Assembly (NCBI GenBank): GCA_035293945.1
Contig: DATGLV010000027.1
Location: 11,630-75,629 of the forward strand
DNA length: 64,000 bases
DNA from: Xanthobacteraceae bacterium
GTDB taxonomy: Bacteria; Pseudomonadota; Alphaproteobacteria; Rhizobiales; Xanthobacteraceae
Reading direction: 5' to 3'
In this document: piece by piece, positions 1 to 9,722 of the stretch
Numbering within the stretch: the stretch's first letter is position 1
How the letters are laid out: each line of letters starts with the position of its first letter
Position numbers and translations under genes: made by a program
Notes under the pieces: generated by a model
Seen by the model: the letters and a program-made list of their open reading frames with translations, nothing else
Databases searched by the model: none
Told to the model about the DNA's origin: nothing

Positions 1-480
1 GGTGGTGACGCCGGCGCCGCCGACCGCGGGCAGAAACGTATAGATCTGCGCTTCGTTCGGCGCCGCCGCACCAGACACTTGCGGCCCCTGGGCAACGCGT
101 GCGCACGTGCGGACCAGCTCCGCTGCAGACACCGGCTTGACCAGGAAATCGGCGACCCGCATCTGTACCAGCGTGCGCGCCAGGCTGGCGTCGACCGCGC
201 GGATGACCGGGACGACCGGCAGCCCGCCTTCGCGCGCCATCAGGCGTTCCAGCGCGGCCAGCTCCTCGGCCGGCGCGGCATCGAGATCGATCACCGCGAC
301 TGTCGTGGTCTGCGCATCGATCTCATTTTCGGCAGATGCGAGCGTGCCGGGAATGACTTGCACGGCGATCTGTGCGCTCGCCCCGAAGGTCGCGCGCGCC
401 TGCTCGGCAAAGCCGGGATCGGCGGTGATGACGACCACCTGGGCCTGCGCGGCTCCGCTGCCGGGTACACCCGTCTTCAT
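1..480 (-). CDS. cpaE: Flp/Tad pilus assembly ATPase-like protein CpaE/TadZ, N-terminal part; the CDS continues past the window edge
   Basis: The ORF is absent from the supplied track because it has no stop in the window. Reverse-strand translation from the ATG at complement 478-480 reads MKTGVPGSGAAQAQVVVITADPGF...IYTFLPAVGGAGVTT. That is a receiver-like N-domain followed by the start of a ParA/MinD-type P-loop. It lies directly downstream of cpaB-cpaC-lipoprotein. Confidence 0.7.
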   Translation of the reverse strand, partial: MKTGVPGSGAAQAQVVVITADPGFAEQARATFGASAQIAVQVIPGTLASAENEIDAQTTTVAVIDLDAAPAEELAALERLMAREGGLPVVPVIRAVDASLARTLVQMRVADFLVKPVSAAELVRTCARVAQGPQVSGAAAPNEAQIYTFLPAVGGAGVTT

Positions 481-549
481 CCCATTCACTCGGTCAAGCT
501 TCTTGTTGATGTTGTTGATTCTGGCAGCGTGGATCCCATTCCTGTCGTG

Positions 550-939
550 TCACTTCACCTGCGCCGCCGGCGTCGACGCAGCAGGCTGGACCGGGACATG
601 CTCCGTGGTGAGCGGCGGGGGAGCATGCTGTTCGGTAGAGGCGCTGTTGGTGAGCGGCATCGGCTGGATCACCTCATGGCGCCGGTAGCGCTCGACTGCC
701 GACTGCATCCGCTCGCCATTGAAGGCGATGTTCGTCCTGTCGACGTAGCGCGGCCAGGGGTCGACCATCTGCCCGACTTCGTTGGCCGCAATGTGATCGT
801 CGGCCCCGAGCGCAATGGTCTCGCGCCGATCGAAGTAGATGTCCGAGCAGCCGGCAAGCGTGGCGGCGAAACAGGCGAGTGCCAGCGCCCGCGCGGTGAG
901 CGAGCGAGCGTCAGTCTTTGGCTGTGACCACATTGGCAC
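550..939 (-). CDS. Tad-locus lipoprotein in the CpaD position
   Basis: It has a signal peptide with a lipobox (FAATLAGC|SD). It overlaps the cpaC stop by 29 nt and sits between cpaC and cpaE, as cpaD does in Caulobacter-type loci. At 129 aa it is shorter than typical CpaD, so the family assignment is tentative. Confidence 0.5.
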   Translation of the reverse strand: MPMWSQPKTDARSLTARALALACFAATLAGCSDIYFDRRETIALGADDHIAANEVGQMVDPWPRYVDRTNIAFNGERMQSAVERYRRHEVIQPMPLTNSASTEQHAPPPLTTEHVPVQPAASTPAAQVK

Positions 940-2473
940 CTCCTTGCTTGGGAAGATCGAGGATATGGCCGACCCCCGGCGTGCTTTGGCCCACCGCCAT
1001 GCGGACGTCAGCCGGCGTGACTTCCGACTTGCCCATAAGGAAGAAATCGATGTCGTTGGCCGGCAGCGTATTATCGAGCGGCGTCTTCACCGGCGTTCCG
1101 GGCGCGATCGGGCGCACCAGATGCGGCGTCACGATGATGGCGAGGTCGGTCTCGTTCTTCTGGTAGCTCTTGCTCGAGAACAACGCGCCGAGCACGGGCA
1201 CGTCGCCGATCCAGGGCAATTGCTCCTGCGCGGTCGTGCTCTGGTTCTGGAGAAGGCCACCCAGCGCGAAGCTCTGGCCGTCGCGCAGCTCGATCGTCGT
1301 CGCGGCGCGGCGCACGATCAGCGGCGGAATATTGAAGCCTCCGATCGTGACCGGATGGCTGGTATCGAGCGAGCTGACCTCCGGCTCGATCTTGAGGTTG
1401 ATCACGCCGTTGCCCAGCACGGTCGGGGTAAAGGCGAGGCCGACGCCGTATTTCTTGTAGTCGATCGTGACGAGGCCGAGGGTTTGCGGCACCAGGATCG
1501 GGTACTCCCCGCCGGCGAGGAAGCTCGCGGTGTCGCCCGAGAGTGCTACCAGGTTGGGCTCGGCGAGTTCGCGGATCAGGCCTTTCTCCTCCAGCGCATT
1601 GAGAGCCACGTCGACCGATAGGCCGCCGCGGTTCATGGCGCCGAGCAGGAAACCAAATGGCGGCGTCGAGGTGCCGATCACGCCGGCGGCGGCGTTGAGC
1701 GCCGCTTGCGGTCCAAGCGGGAGGGATTGCGACGGCCTCTCGTTGCCGATATTGGCGAGGGTATTCTGGCCGAAGGAATTCCACTGGATGCCGAGGGCGC
1801 GCCCAGCCTGCCGGCTGGCCTCGACAAAGCGCACCTCCAGTACGACCTGTTGCGGCTGCATCACCTGCACCGCATTGATGGTGTCGGGCGCGAACTGGCG
1901 GGCGATGACCACTGCCTTGTCGAGCGTCGATGCGTCATGCGCGGTGCCCGACAGCACGATGCGGCCATTGACCGAGGAGACCTTGATGCCGCTGCCGCTG
2001 ACCTGGGCGATTTCAGCCGCCAAGCGGGTGACGTCATAGGTCACCTCGATGTCGAAGATGCCGATCTGCATCTTGCCTTCGCCGTAGAGCGTGACGCGCG
2101 TGGTGCCGATCTTCTTGCCGAGAATCGACAGCGTGCGATCAGTCAACGGTGAGATATCGGCGACATCGGAGTCACCGATCGTGATATCGGTGAACGGTGC
2201 GTCGATGCGCACATCCTCGGTCTTGCCGACTGCGACGGTGACCGAGATTGTGTGCTTTGCGCCGGCCAGCTGCAACATGCGCTGCGCCTGCGCGGGCGTG
2301 AGCGAGCCCGCCGCCATGAACATCGCCAAGGAAGCCGCGATGAAGAGCGCGCGCGAGGCGAGAAGCCTGATCTTATGTGGCCAGTTCTTGCCGGCCCCTC
2401 GCCCCGCTTCCCCGCTCCTGCCCGAACGTCCCGCCGCGGTGGCCGCGGCGCCATTACCTGTCCCGTATCTCAC
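911..2473 (-). CDS. cpaC: Tad pilus secretin CpaC/RcpA
   Basis: 520 aa with a signal-like N-terminus, a BON-like segment (VTYDVTRLAAEIAQ...IKVSSVNGRIVLSGTA) and a C-terminal secretin domain (LAEPNLVALSGDTASFLAGGEYP...DLAIIVTPHLV). Confidence 0.85.
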   Translation of the reverse strand: MRYGTGNGAAATAAGRSGRSGEAGRGAGKNWPHKIRLLASRALFIAASLAMFMAAGSLTPAQAQRMLQLAGAKHTISVTVAVGKTEDVRIDAPFTDITIGDSDVADISPLTDRTLSILGKKIGTTRVTLYGEGKMQIGIFDIEVTYDVTRLAAEIAQVSGSGIKVSSVNGRIVLSGTAHDASTLDKAVVIARQFAPDTINAVQVMQPQQVVLEVRFVEASRQAGRALGIQWNSFGQNTLANIGNERPSQSLPLGPQAALNAAAGVIGTSTPPFGFLLGAMNRGGLSVDVALNALEEKGLIRELAEPNLVALSGDTASFLAGGEYPILVPQTLGLVTIDYKKYGVGLAFTPTVLGNGVINLKIEPEVSSLDTSHPVTIGGFNIPPLIVRRAATTIELRDGQSFALGGLLQNQSTTAQEQLPWIGDVPVLGALFSSKSYQKNETDLAIIVTPHLVRPIAPGTPVKTPLDNTLPANDIDFFLMGKSEVTPADVRMAVGQSTPGVGHILDLPKQGGANVVTAKD

Positions 2474-2541
2474 AACAATCTCCCCCGCCCAGTGTGTTGA
2501 AGTCGTCCCCGAGTTAGTGAACTGCGTGCTCCTGCCCAGAA

Positions 2542-3459
2542 TCAGCCCCCTCCCTTTCCCTCACCCGCGTTAGCGCGTTCACGCGCGTCTTCCGCCGCGC
2601 TATGCGCGGGAGGATTAGGTTGGGGGTGGTCCCGGCCCTCGACCGGCACGCTGTAGTCTTCTTTGGTCATGCCGCGCTTGACCGTGATGGTCGCGGTTGA
2701 CCGCGACGGGGTCACGTCGGCGACCACGTCGCTGAACAGATCCTTGAGCGACACATGCATCGATTTGGTCGAGGTGGTCTCGCCGGCCTTGCGCAACAGG
2801 AGCGACAAGGTCCCGAGCGAGGCCGCCAGGTCGAGCTTCTGTGCGGCCAGCGTGTCGACCTCCAGCGTCACCGATTTGGCGACTGCAGGCGCGGCGACGC
2901 GTTCGTCCGCAACCTGATCGATGGCGAGCACGGTCGCGTCCTGCAGCACCACATCTGTGGTGGCGCCGCCCTTGCCATCGAGCCGCGTGAGGGCGATGTC
3001 GACGCGATCGCCCGGCAGCACGAACCCGGCCACGCCCTCGACGTCGGTGACCCTGATGGTGACCGCCTTCATTCCGTCGTGCAGCACCGCGGAGAGCGTC
3101 GCACGTTGCCCCGGTCCGGTGATCTTGACGGCGAGGATCGGCTCGTTCACCTCGATCGCGGCAAGCACGATGCGCTTGCCGGGAGCCAGAACGTCGTTGA
3201 TCTTGGCGAAGGCGCCGGAAGGGAGCGAATCCTGCGACCAGGGAATTTCGCGCAGCTCCGATGCGTTGAGCTCGTTGCCGTAACGCAGCGGCTTGCTCGC
3301 CACCACGATGGTCTGCGTCGGCGCCGGCGCGTGCTGCTGGGCCTCCAGACTTTTCATGCGCGCATCGGCCTGGCTTCTCAGCCACGACTGCGCCACGAAC
3401 ACGGCGAGCAGGCCGAACAAAGCCGCAAAACCGATCATCACGAAAGTGCTGACGCGCAC
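2542..3459 (-). CDS. cpaB: Flp pilus assembly protein CpaB
   Basis: It starts at a GTG and has a single N-terminal TM helix (MRVSTFVMIGFAALFGLLAVFVAQ). A SAF/RcpC-like region follows (VVASKPLRYGNELNASEL...GKRIVLAAIEVNEPIL). It lies immediately upstream of cpaC. Confidence 0.85.
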   Translation of the reverse strand: MRVSTFVMIGFAALFGLLAVFVAQSWLRSQADARMKSLEAQQHAPAPTQTIVVASKPLRYGNELNASELREIPWSQDSLPSGAFAKINDVLAPGKRIVLAAIEVNEPILAVKITGPGQRATLSAVLHDGMKAVTIRVTDVEGVAGFVLPGDRVDIALTRLDGKGGATTDVVLQDATVLAIDQVADERVAAPAVAKSVTLEVDTLAAQKLDLAASLGTLSLLLRKAGETTSTKSMHVSLKDLFSDVVADVTPSRSTATITVKRGMTKEDYSVPVEGRDHPQPNPPAHSAAEDARERANAGEGKGGG

Positions 3460-3797
3460 GATTGCAAATTCCTGAAGCGACGACGAGCCGAGAGCTCACG
3501 TTGGTCGCCCCGATATTGAATTTGCGTAGGTGTTGAATTGGTGTACCGCGGTGCCCTTCTCGTTCTATGCTGAAGAGGACCTGAAGCGATATTGTTTATG
3601 GGTTCTCACCTGAGCTCCTCAACATCGAGGTAACCTTTACTGGAATTCATCAATCGCAAATGAGTTGGAAACCATCAGGCTCGGCCAAAGCGAAGACAGC
3701 GATAAAACGAAGGCAGCGATAATGCGGACGATGCAATTGCAGCGGACGTGAAAACAAACGAGAAAGCATCACAACTCGCAGGGAGGAGATTCGGCCG

Positions 3798-4874
3798 ATG
3801 CCGCAAGATGCCCGGGTTGCTTCGGCGATCGCCCATTGGGGGCCGCGCTTTACCGCCAACGGCGTCACCCTCACGGATTTCGAAGAGGTGACCGCTTCAC
3901 TCTCGTCCTGGGATGACTGGTGCGCGGCCTGGTCGGAGCGTGCGGCGGTGCATGAGCAGCTCGGCCGCGACGCGCTCAGGGACGGCAAGCGCTTGACTGC
4001 AGGCGAGCACCTGCAGCGCGCCGGCGTTTACTACCACTTTGCCAAGTTTCTATTCGTTCACGATATACCGCAGATGAAGGCCGCGCATAGGCAGGCGGTC
4101 GCCTGCCGTTCGCTGGCGCTGCCACATCTGCGCCCTCCCGGCGAGCGCGTCGAAATACCCTATGCGGGCTCTTCGCTCGCCGGCATCCTGCGCAAGCCGG
4201 TGGGCGCCGATCGCCCGCCCGTCGTCATCATGGCAATGGGGCTCGATTCCACCAAGGAGGAGACGGACTGCTACGAGCAGCCGTTCCTGGCGCGCGGCAT
4301 GGCGACACTCGCGTTTGATGGACCCGGCCAAGGCGAGGGCGAATATGCATTCGCCATCCGGGGCGATTACGAGGTGCCGGTCGCGGCGGTGATCGATCAC
4401 GTCGAGACGCGAGGCGATCTCGATGCTTCGCGCATCGGCCTGTGGGGCATCAGCCTTGGCGGCTACTATGCGCCGCGCGCTGCCGCATTCGAGAAACGCG
4501 CGCGGGCCTGCATCGCGCTGGGCGGACCTTTCGCCTGGGTGGCGGCTTGGGACGGCCTGCCCGAGCTCACCCGCGAGGCTTTTCGCGTGCGCAGCCACGC
4601 AGGCGATGCCGAAGCCGCGCGCCGCCATGCGGCGACGCTGTCGCTTGAAGGCGTGGCGCAGCGCATCACCTGCCCGCTCTACATCATGAATGGGCGTGAG
4701 GACCGCATCGTGCCGTGCGCCGATGCCGAACGCCTCGCCCGCGAGGTCAAGGGTCCGGTCACGCTGCGACTGATCGAGGGCGGCAACCACATTGCCAACA
4801 ACCGCGCCTATCGCTGGCGCTCGGACAGTGCAGATTGGATGGCCGAGCAGCTCAAGGCCGATCAGGTGTCATAA
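3798..4874 (+). CDS. alpha/beta hydrolase (FrsA / dihydropseudooxynicotine-hydrolase-like)
   Basis: A GGGAGGAG ribosome-binding site lies 9 nt upstream. It has the nucleophile elbow GISLGG and the C-terminal NGREDRIV...GGNH pattern typical of alpha/beta hydrolases. Confidence 0.75.
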   Translation: MPQDARVASAIAHWGPRFTANGVTLTDFEEVTASLSSWDDWCAAWSERAAVHEQLGRDALRDGKRLTAGEHLQRAGVYYHFAKFLFVHDIPQMKAAHRQAVACRSLALPHLRPPGERVEIPYAGSSLAGILRKPVGADRPPVVIMAMGLDSTKEETDCYEQPFLARGMATLAFDGPGQGEGEYAFAIRGDYEVPVAAVIDHVETRGDLDASRIGLWGISLGGYYAPRAAAFEKRARACIALGGPFAWVAAWDGLPELTREAFRVRSHAGDAEAARRHAATLSLEGVAQRITCPLYIMNGREDRIVPCADAERLAREVKGPVTLRLIEGGNHIANNRAYRWRSDSADWMAEQLKADQVS

Positions 4875-4897
4875 ATGCGATGTAGGACGCAGCAGGC

Positions 4898-7800
4898 TCA
4901 CGCCTGCGCGCGCGCCTTAGCCTCCGGAGCGGCCGCAATCTGGTCCTTCACCTGCTTGGTGAGGCTCATCATATCGACCTTGCCGGAGCCGAGCAGCGGC
5001 AGCTTGTCGAAGATCATGATTTCGGATGGGATCATGAGATCGGCGGCGTGCTGCGCCCGCGCATAGGCCATGAACTCCGAGCGCGTCGCGTCCTTCTTCT
5101 GGGTCACCAGGATCAGGCGCTCGCCCTTGCGCGCATCCGGCACAGCGACGACGGCACTCTGGTGCTGCGGCCACAGCTCGCCGGCGAGCGCCTCGACCGC
5201 CGCAAGCGATATCATCTCGCCGCCGACCTTGGCGAACCGCTTGGCGCGCCCCTTGATGGTGACGAAGCCCTGCGCGTCGATGGTGACGATATCGCCGGTA
5301 TCGTGCCAGCCCTCCGGCGGCGGCTCGAGCACGCCGGGACGTTCCGCCTTGAGATAGCCCAGCATGACATTCGGCCCGCGCACCACCAGGCGGCCGCCTT
5401 CCTCCACGCCTTCGACCTTGTCGAGACGCGCTTCGAGCCCGGGAAACAGCCGCCCGACCGAGCCGAATTTGTTGAACATCGGGGTGTTGAGCGCAAGCGC
5501 CGGCGCCGTCTCGGTGACCCCATAGCCTTCGAGGATGCGCAGCCCGAACTTCTCCAAGTAAACCCGGCGGGTCGTCTCTTTGACCGGCTCCGCTCCAGCC
5601 ATGATCATGCGCAGCGAGCGGAAGTCGTAAGGATGCGCGGAGCGGGCGTAGCCGGCGAGAAATGTGTCGGTGCCGAACAGGACGGTCGCGTTCACGCCGT
5701 AAATCAGCTCGGGAACCGTGCGGTAGTGCAGCGGCGAAGGATAAAGATAGAGGCGCACACCGCACACCATCGGCAGCACCATGCCGACTGTAAGGCCAAA
5801 TGAATGGAACACCGGCAGGACGTTGAACACCTTGTCCTCGCGGCCAAAGTCGACGCGGGCGCGAGCCTGCGCCACGTTGGCGAGCATGTTGCGATGGGAC
5901 AGGACGACGCCCTTCGGCGCGCCTTCGGAGCCGGAGGTGAACAGAATCGCGGCCCAGTCGTCGGCCTTGCGCGGCACCAATGGGGCACGCGCGCGCAGCA
6001 TGCCGCGGAGCTTATCCGTTAGCGTGATGGTCGGACGGATGTCCTCCAGATAGACGATCGCCACCTCCCTGCCGACCAGCGCCACCATGTTCTCGAGCCG
6101 GCCTTTTTCCACGAACGCGCGCGAGGTCAGGATGGTTGAGACCTGCGCGGCCTTGCAGGCGGCCAGAATGTTGGTCGCGCCAGCCGTGAAGTTGATCATC
6201 GCCGGCACGCGCCCGGCAGAGACCAGAGCAAAGAAGGTCACCGCAGCGCCGTTGGCGTTGGGCAGCATCAAGCCGACTGTGCCGCCCTCTGGCGCATAGC
6301 CCTTGAGCTTCTCGCCAAGAACCGTTGCCCCCAGGATAAGCTTGCGATAGGTGAGCGCACCGCTGACCGGATCCTCGACCGCGATCCGGTTTTTTCCGTG
6401 CTCGTCGGCGGCCTGCAGCAGCGCCTCGAAAACAGTGCGGTCCATGGAGGTGGTGCGGAACACCAGATCCGACATGATCCCGTAGAGCGCGGCGCCGGCC
6501 GCCTGGCGGCGGGCACGCCCCTTGAGCGCGGGATCGACCGCGAGCTTGACCGCCGGCAATACCGTGACCTTGACCTTGGGGAACCAGCGGCGGCGCACTT
6601 GCGTCTTGGAAAGCCGGCTGAACGGCGTCTGCTCGAGGCCTTCGATGCGCACCGGCACGACCTCGGCGTCGGCCTTGTCGGCCACCATGGCGGCACCGTC
6701 ATAGACTTTCATCAGGCTGCCGGTGACGGTGATGCGGCCTTCCGGGAAGATGATGAGCGCTTGGCCTTCCTTCACCGCGTTGATCAGCGTGCGGGTCGCC
6801 ATCGGCTTCATGGGATCGAGCGGGATCGCCCGCGTCAGCTTCGCGAACGGCTTCACCCACCACAGTTTGGAGATGCCGACATCAATGGCGAAGACCGGCT
6901 TGCGACTGCGCAGCGAGAGTGCCAGTCCGGCGTCCAGGAAGCTCACATGGTTGAGGGCAATGATGATGCGGTCGCCGGCCTGATGCAGGTTCTCGAGGCC
7001 CTTGACCTCGATGCGGAACAGCGCCCGATAAATGATCGACAAGGCATCGCTCAGCGCACTCGCCGGCATGGTACGGCCAATGATGACCGCAACGCCGAGA
7101 CCAAGTACCCCGAGCAGCATGAACACGCCGGGCGCCCCTAGCCCGGTCGCCCCCTGCAGGATCGCGACCCCGACCGTGCTGCCGGCCATGAATGCGGCAT
7201 TGAGCACGTTGACGGCCGCGACCACGCGCGCACGACGATCGGCGCCCGCCCAGGACTGCACGGCCGCAAAGGCGGGCACGATGAATAGACCGCCCGCGAT
7301 CGCCAGCCCGGCGAGATCGACCGCAAGACGGATGCCGCGGCCTGACTTGAATAGCGAAAGATAGCCGGTCAGGTCGGGAATCGGGGCGACCCCACTGGTG
7401 GACCAGCCGATGTCGATCGCAAACAGGCCGATCAGCACCGCGCCGATGAGGGTCGGCAGCAGGATAATGCGGCCGGCAGCGAGCCATGCGGCAAGCCCTG
7501 AGCCAATCGCGATCGATACCGAGAAGATGGCGAGACAGGTTTGCGCCACCTCCTCGCTGCCGCCGAGCACGTTCTTCACCAGCGGGACCAGGAGACCGAC
7601 CACGATCGCGCCCACCAGCCAGAACCAGCTCGTCACCATGGCGCCCCACCAGATGCGGCGGTCGTCGCGCAGATGGCGCAAGAGATCCCAGGTCGAGATG
7701 GCGATGTTCCAGCGCACCTTGAGGCTGGGAGCCGCTTCGCCGGTCGGCGGAATGAACAGGCTCGAGCCCCAGCAGGCGAGCGAGAACACGATCATGAGCA

Positions 7801-8320
7801 GAGCGAACGCAGCCGGGTCGCCGCCGTCCTTGGCCGCCATGCCGCCGACGATCAGACCGAGCAGGATGGCGATGAAGGTCGCCCCTTCCACCAAGGCGTT
7901 GCCGGCCGGCAGCTCGCCGCGCGCAAGATGATCGGGAAGGATGCCGTATTTGATCGGCCCGAACAGTGATCCGATCACGCCGTAACCGAAGAGCGCGACG
8001 AACAGGATCAGAACCGAATGGATGGCAAAGCCGATCACGGCGATGACCGCGACCGCGATCTCGGAGAGCTTGAGCCGCTGCGCGATGATGGCCTTGTCGT
8101 ATCGGTCGGCGAGCTCGCCGCCGACCGCCGACAGGAAGAAATAGGGAGCGATGAAGACGGCGGCGGCAAGCTGCGTCAGCGCATCGGCGGCAGAACCGCC
8201 GATCTGAAAGACGAGCAGGAACACCAGCGCGTTCTTGAGAAAGTTGTCGCTGAAGGCCGAGAAGAACTGGCACCAGAACAGGGGCGCGAAGCGTCGTGTC
8301 AGCAAAAGAGAAGAGGACAT
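4898..8320 (-). CDS. aas: trifunctional MFS lysophospholipid transporter / 2-acyl-GPE acyltransferase / acyl-ACP synthetase fusion (Aas-LplT type)
   Basis: 1140 aa. The N-terminal roughly 420 aa is polytopic and MFS-like. The PlsC HX4D motif is present (NHVSFLD). AMP-binding motifs are present (LFTSGSEGAPKGVVLSH, GYGVTE, TGD...GRAKRF). Confidence 0.85.
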   Translation of the reverse strand: MSSSLLLTRRFAPLFWCQFFSAFSDNFLKNALVFLLVFQIGGSAADALTQLAAAVFIAPYFFLSAVGGELADRYDKAIIAQRLKLSEIAVAVIAVIGFAIHSVLILFVALFGYGVIGSLFGPIKYGILPDHLARGELPAGNALVEGATFIAILLGLIVGGMAAKDGGDPAAFALLMIVFSLACWGSSLFIPPTGEAAPSLKVRWNIAISTWDLLRHLRDDRRIWWGAMVTSWFWLVGAIVVGLLVPLVKNVLGGSEEVAQTCLAIFSVSIAIGSGLAAWLAAGRIILLPTLIGAVLIGLFAIDIGWSTSGVAPIPDLTGYLSLFKSGRGIRLAVDLAGLAIAGGLFIVPAFAAVQSWAGADRRARVVAAVNVLNAAFMAGSTVGVAILQGATGLGAPGVFMLLGVLGLGVAVIIGRTMPASALSDALSIIYRALFRIEVKGLENLHQAGDRIIIALNHVSFLDAGLALSLRSRKPVFAIDVGISKLWWVKPFAKLTRAIPLDPMKPMATRTLINAVKEGQALIIFPEGRITVTGSLMKVYDGAAMVADKADAEVVPVRIEGLEQTPFSRLSKTQVRRRWFPKVKVTVLPAVKLAVDPALKGRARRQAAGAALYGIMSDLVFRTTSMDRTVFEALLQAADEHGKNRIAVEDPVSGALTYRKLILGATVLGEKLKGYAPEGGTVGLMLPNANGAAVTFFALVSAGRVPAMINFTAGATNILAACKAAQVSTILTSRAFVEKGRLENMVALVGREVAIVYLEDIRPTITLTDKLRGMLRARAPLVPRKADDWAAILFTSGSEGAPKGVVLSHRNMLANVAQARARVDFGREDKVFNVLPVFHSFGLTVGMVLPMVCGVRLYLYPSPLHYRTVPELIYGVNATVLFGTDTFLAGYARSAHPYDFRSLRMIMAGAEPVKETTRRVYLEKFGLRILEGYGVTETAPALALNTPMFNKFGSVGRLFPGLEARLDKVEGVEEGGRLVVRGPNVMLGYLKAERPGVLEPPPEGWHDTGDIVTIDAQGFVTIKGRAKRFAKVGGEMISLAAVEALAGELWPQHQSAVVAVPDARKGERLILVTQKKDATRSEFMAYARAQHAADLMIPSEIMIFDKLPLLGSGKVDMMSLTKQVKDQIAAAPEAKARAQA

Positions 8321-8388
8321 CGCATTTCACCCCGGTCTATCAAGCATCCGATCCATTGATCGGGCCCGCTGCCCCATGCGCCGCGATC

Positions 8389-9657
8389 TTAAGGGGTCGT
8401 GCTGCCGATTTGAAGTTCCCGCCGTTCCGTCAACTGGCCTTCGACGCGCCACGCGCCCGGATGCCGCGCCGTAATTGCGGCCGCCTCGGCGGTGGAGCGG
8501 ATGCCTACATGGATGAACTCGGTGCGGATCTCTTCACAGAAGAGGTCGATCACGTGGGCGGCACCGGCGGGGCCGAGCGCCGCCAAAGCGTAGAGGAAGG
8601 GGCGCCCCGCAAATCCCGATTTGGCGCCGAGTGCCAGCGCCCGCACCACGTCGAGGCCGCCGCGAATCCCGCTGTCAAGCATGATGGTTGCGCGCCCTCC
8701 TACGGCGGCCGCAATCGCCGGCAGCATGTCGATCGATGCCGGCGCGCCATCGAAGTGGCGGCCGCCGTGGTTGGAGACGATGATGCCGTCCGCACCCAGC
8801 GCCACCGCACGCTCGGCATCGGCCGGATGCAGGATGCCCTTGATCACGAATGGCCGCTTCCAGCGCTCGCGCAGGCGGGCGAGCTCGTCCCATGTGTGAC
8901 TGCCGCCGCTGCGCAGCTGCATCGTGCGGGCGGTCGCGACTTGGCCCGCATTTGGTCCCGCATAGGGCGCGAGATTTTCGGTGCGCGGCATTCCGTGCTT
9001 GAGGAGCGAGAGGGCCCAAGCCGGCGAAGTCGCGACCTCCCACACGGTCTTGGGCGTGATCGGAAACGGAACCGCGACACCGTGCTTGATGTCGCGCGGC
9101 CGCTTCGATTTTCCGGCGCTGTCGACGGTCGGTACCAGGACGCGCGCGCCAGCCGCCTCGGCGCGACGCACCAGATCGAAAGTGATGGCGTGGTCGTTCG
9201 CCGGGAAGCGGTAGAGCTGGAACCAGAATACGTCGCCCGCCAGCGCGGCGATGCGCTCGATCGCCGCATTGGCGGGGGTCGAGAGCACGAACGGAATGCG
9301 CGCGGCCTGTGCTGCGCTGGCGAGATATTCGTCTGCTCCCGGCCACATCAGGCCGGGTGATCCCATGGGAGAGATTCCGATCGGGGCGGCGTAGCGCGTC
9401 CCGAACAGCTCGACCTCGGTCGAGGTCCCCTTGGCTTCGATGCTGTAGCGGGGCAGCAGCTCGACGGCGCGAAACGCCTTGGCATTGCGGTCGACGCAGG
9501 TCTCTTCATTGGCGCCGCCATCGACAAAATCGAAGGCAAAACGCGGGACCCGCCGGCGGGCGCGGGCGCGCAAGTCGGCGATGGTGGGAAAGCGCCGGCG
9601 CAGCCGCGCCGCCCTGGCATCCGGCGCGGCCTTCCCGTGCGCATCCGTCTTTGCCAT
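8389..9657 (-). CDS. FMN-dependent alpha-hydroxy-acid dehydrogenase/oxidase (LldD / mandelate dehydrogenase family)
   Basis: It has the TIM-barrel FMN family pattern: PRFAFDFVDGGA..., ISPMG, KGILHPADAE, IIVSNHGGR and LDSGIRGG. Confidence 0.8.
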   Translation of the reverse strand: MAKTDAHGKAAPDARAARLRRRFPTIADLRARARRRVPRFAFDFVDGGANEETCVDRNAKAFRAVELLPRYSIEAKGTSTEVELFGTRYAAPIGISPMGSPGLMWPGADEYLASAAQAARIPFVLSTPANAAIERIAALAGDVFWFQLYRFPANDHAITFDLVRRAEAAGARVLVPTVDSAGKSKRPRDIKHGVAVPFPITPKTVWEVATSPAWALSLLKHGMPRTENLAPYAGPNAGQVATARTMQLRSGGSHTWDELARLRERWKRPFVIKGILHPADAERAVALGADGIIVSNHGGRHFDGAPASIDMLPAIAAAVGGRATIMLDSGIRGGLDVVRALALGAKSGFAGRPFLYALAALGPAGAAHVIDLFCEEIRTEFIHVGIRSTAEAAAITARHPGAWRVEGQLTERRELQIGSTTP

Positions 9658-9722
9658 CTCCCTCCTCCGCCCCCACCGACGCAGCCCGCATAAGTCCAGC
9701 CACGTCTCCTCTCACAAGCGTC

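Noticed and set aside
3650-3988. A possible Flp pilin or small protein upstream of cpaB, including the internal 39-codon MLSRLFSRPLQLHRPHYRCLRFIAVFALAEPDGFQLICD.
   Set aside because: It has no Flp G/xxxxEY motif and no ribosome-binding site on that strand. The GGGAGGAG at 3781-3788 serves the + strand hydrolase gene. The longer ORF overlaps the hydrolase CDS.
4917-8330. Long alternative-frame and antisense ORFs inside the aas gene, for example 6882-8330 (482 aa), 4917-5765 and 6398-7141.
   Set aside because: Their composition is Arg/Ala/Gly/Pro-rich and they lack motifs. They fully overlap a gene with strong domain evidence. These are typical high-GC shadow ORFs.
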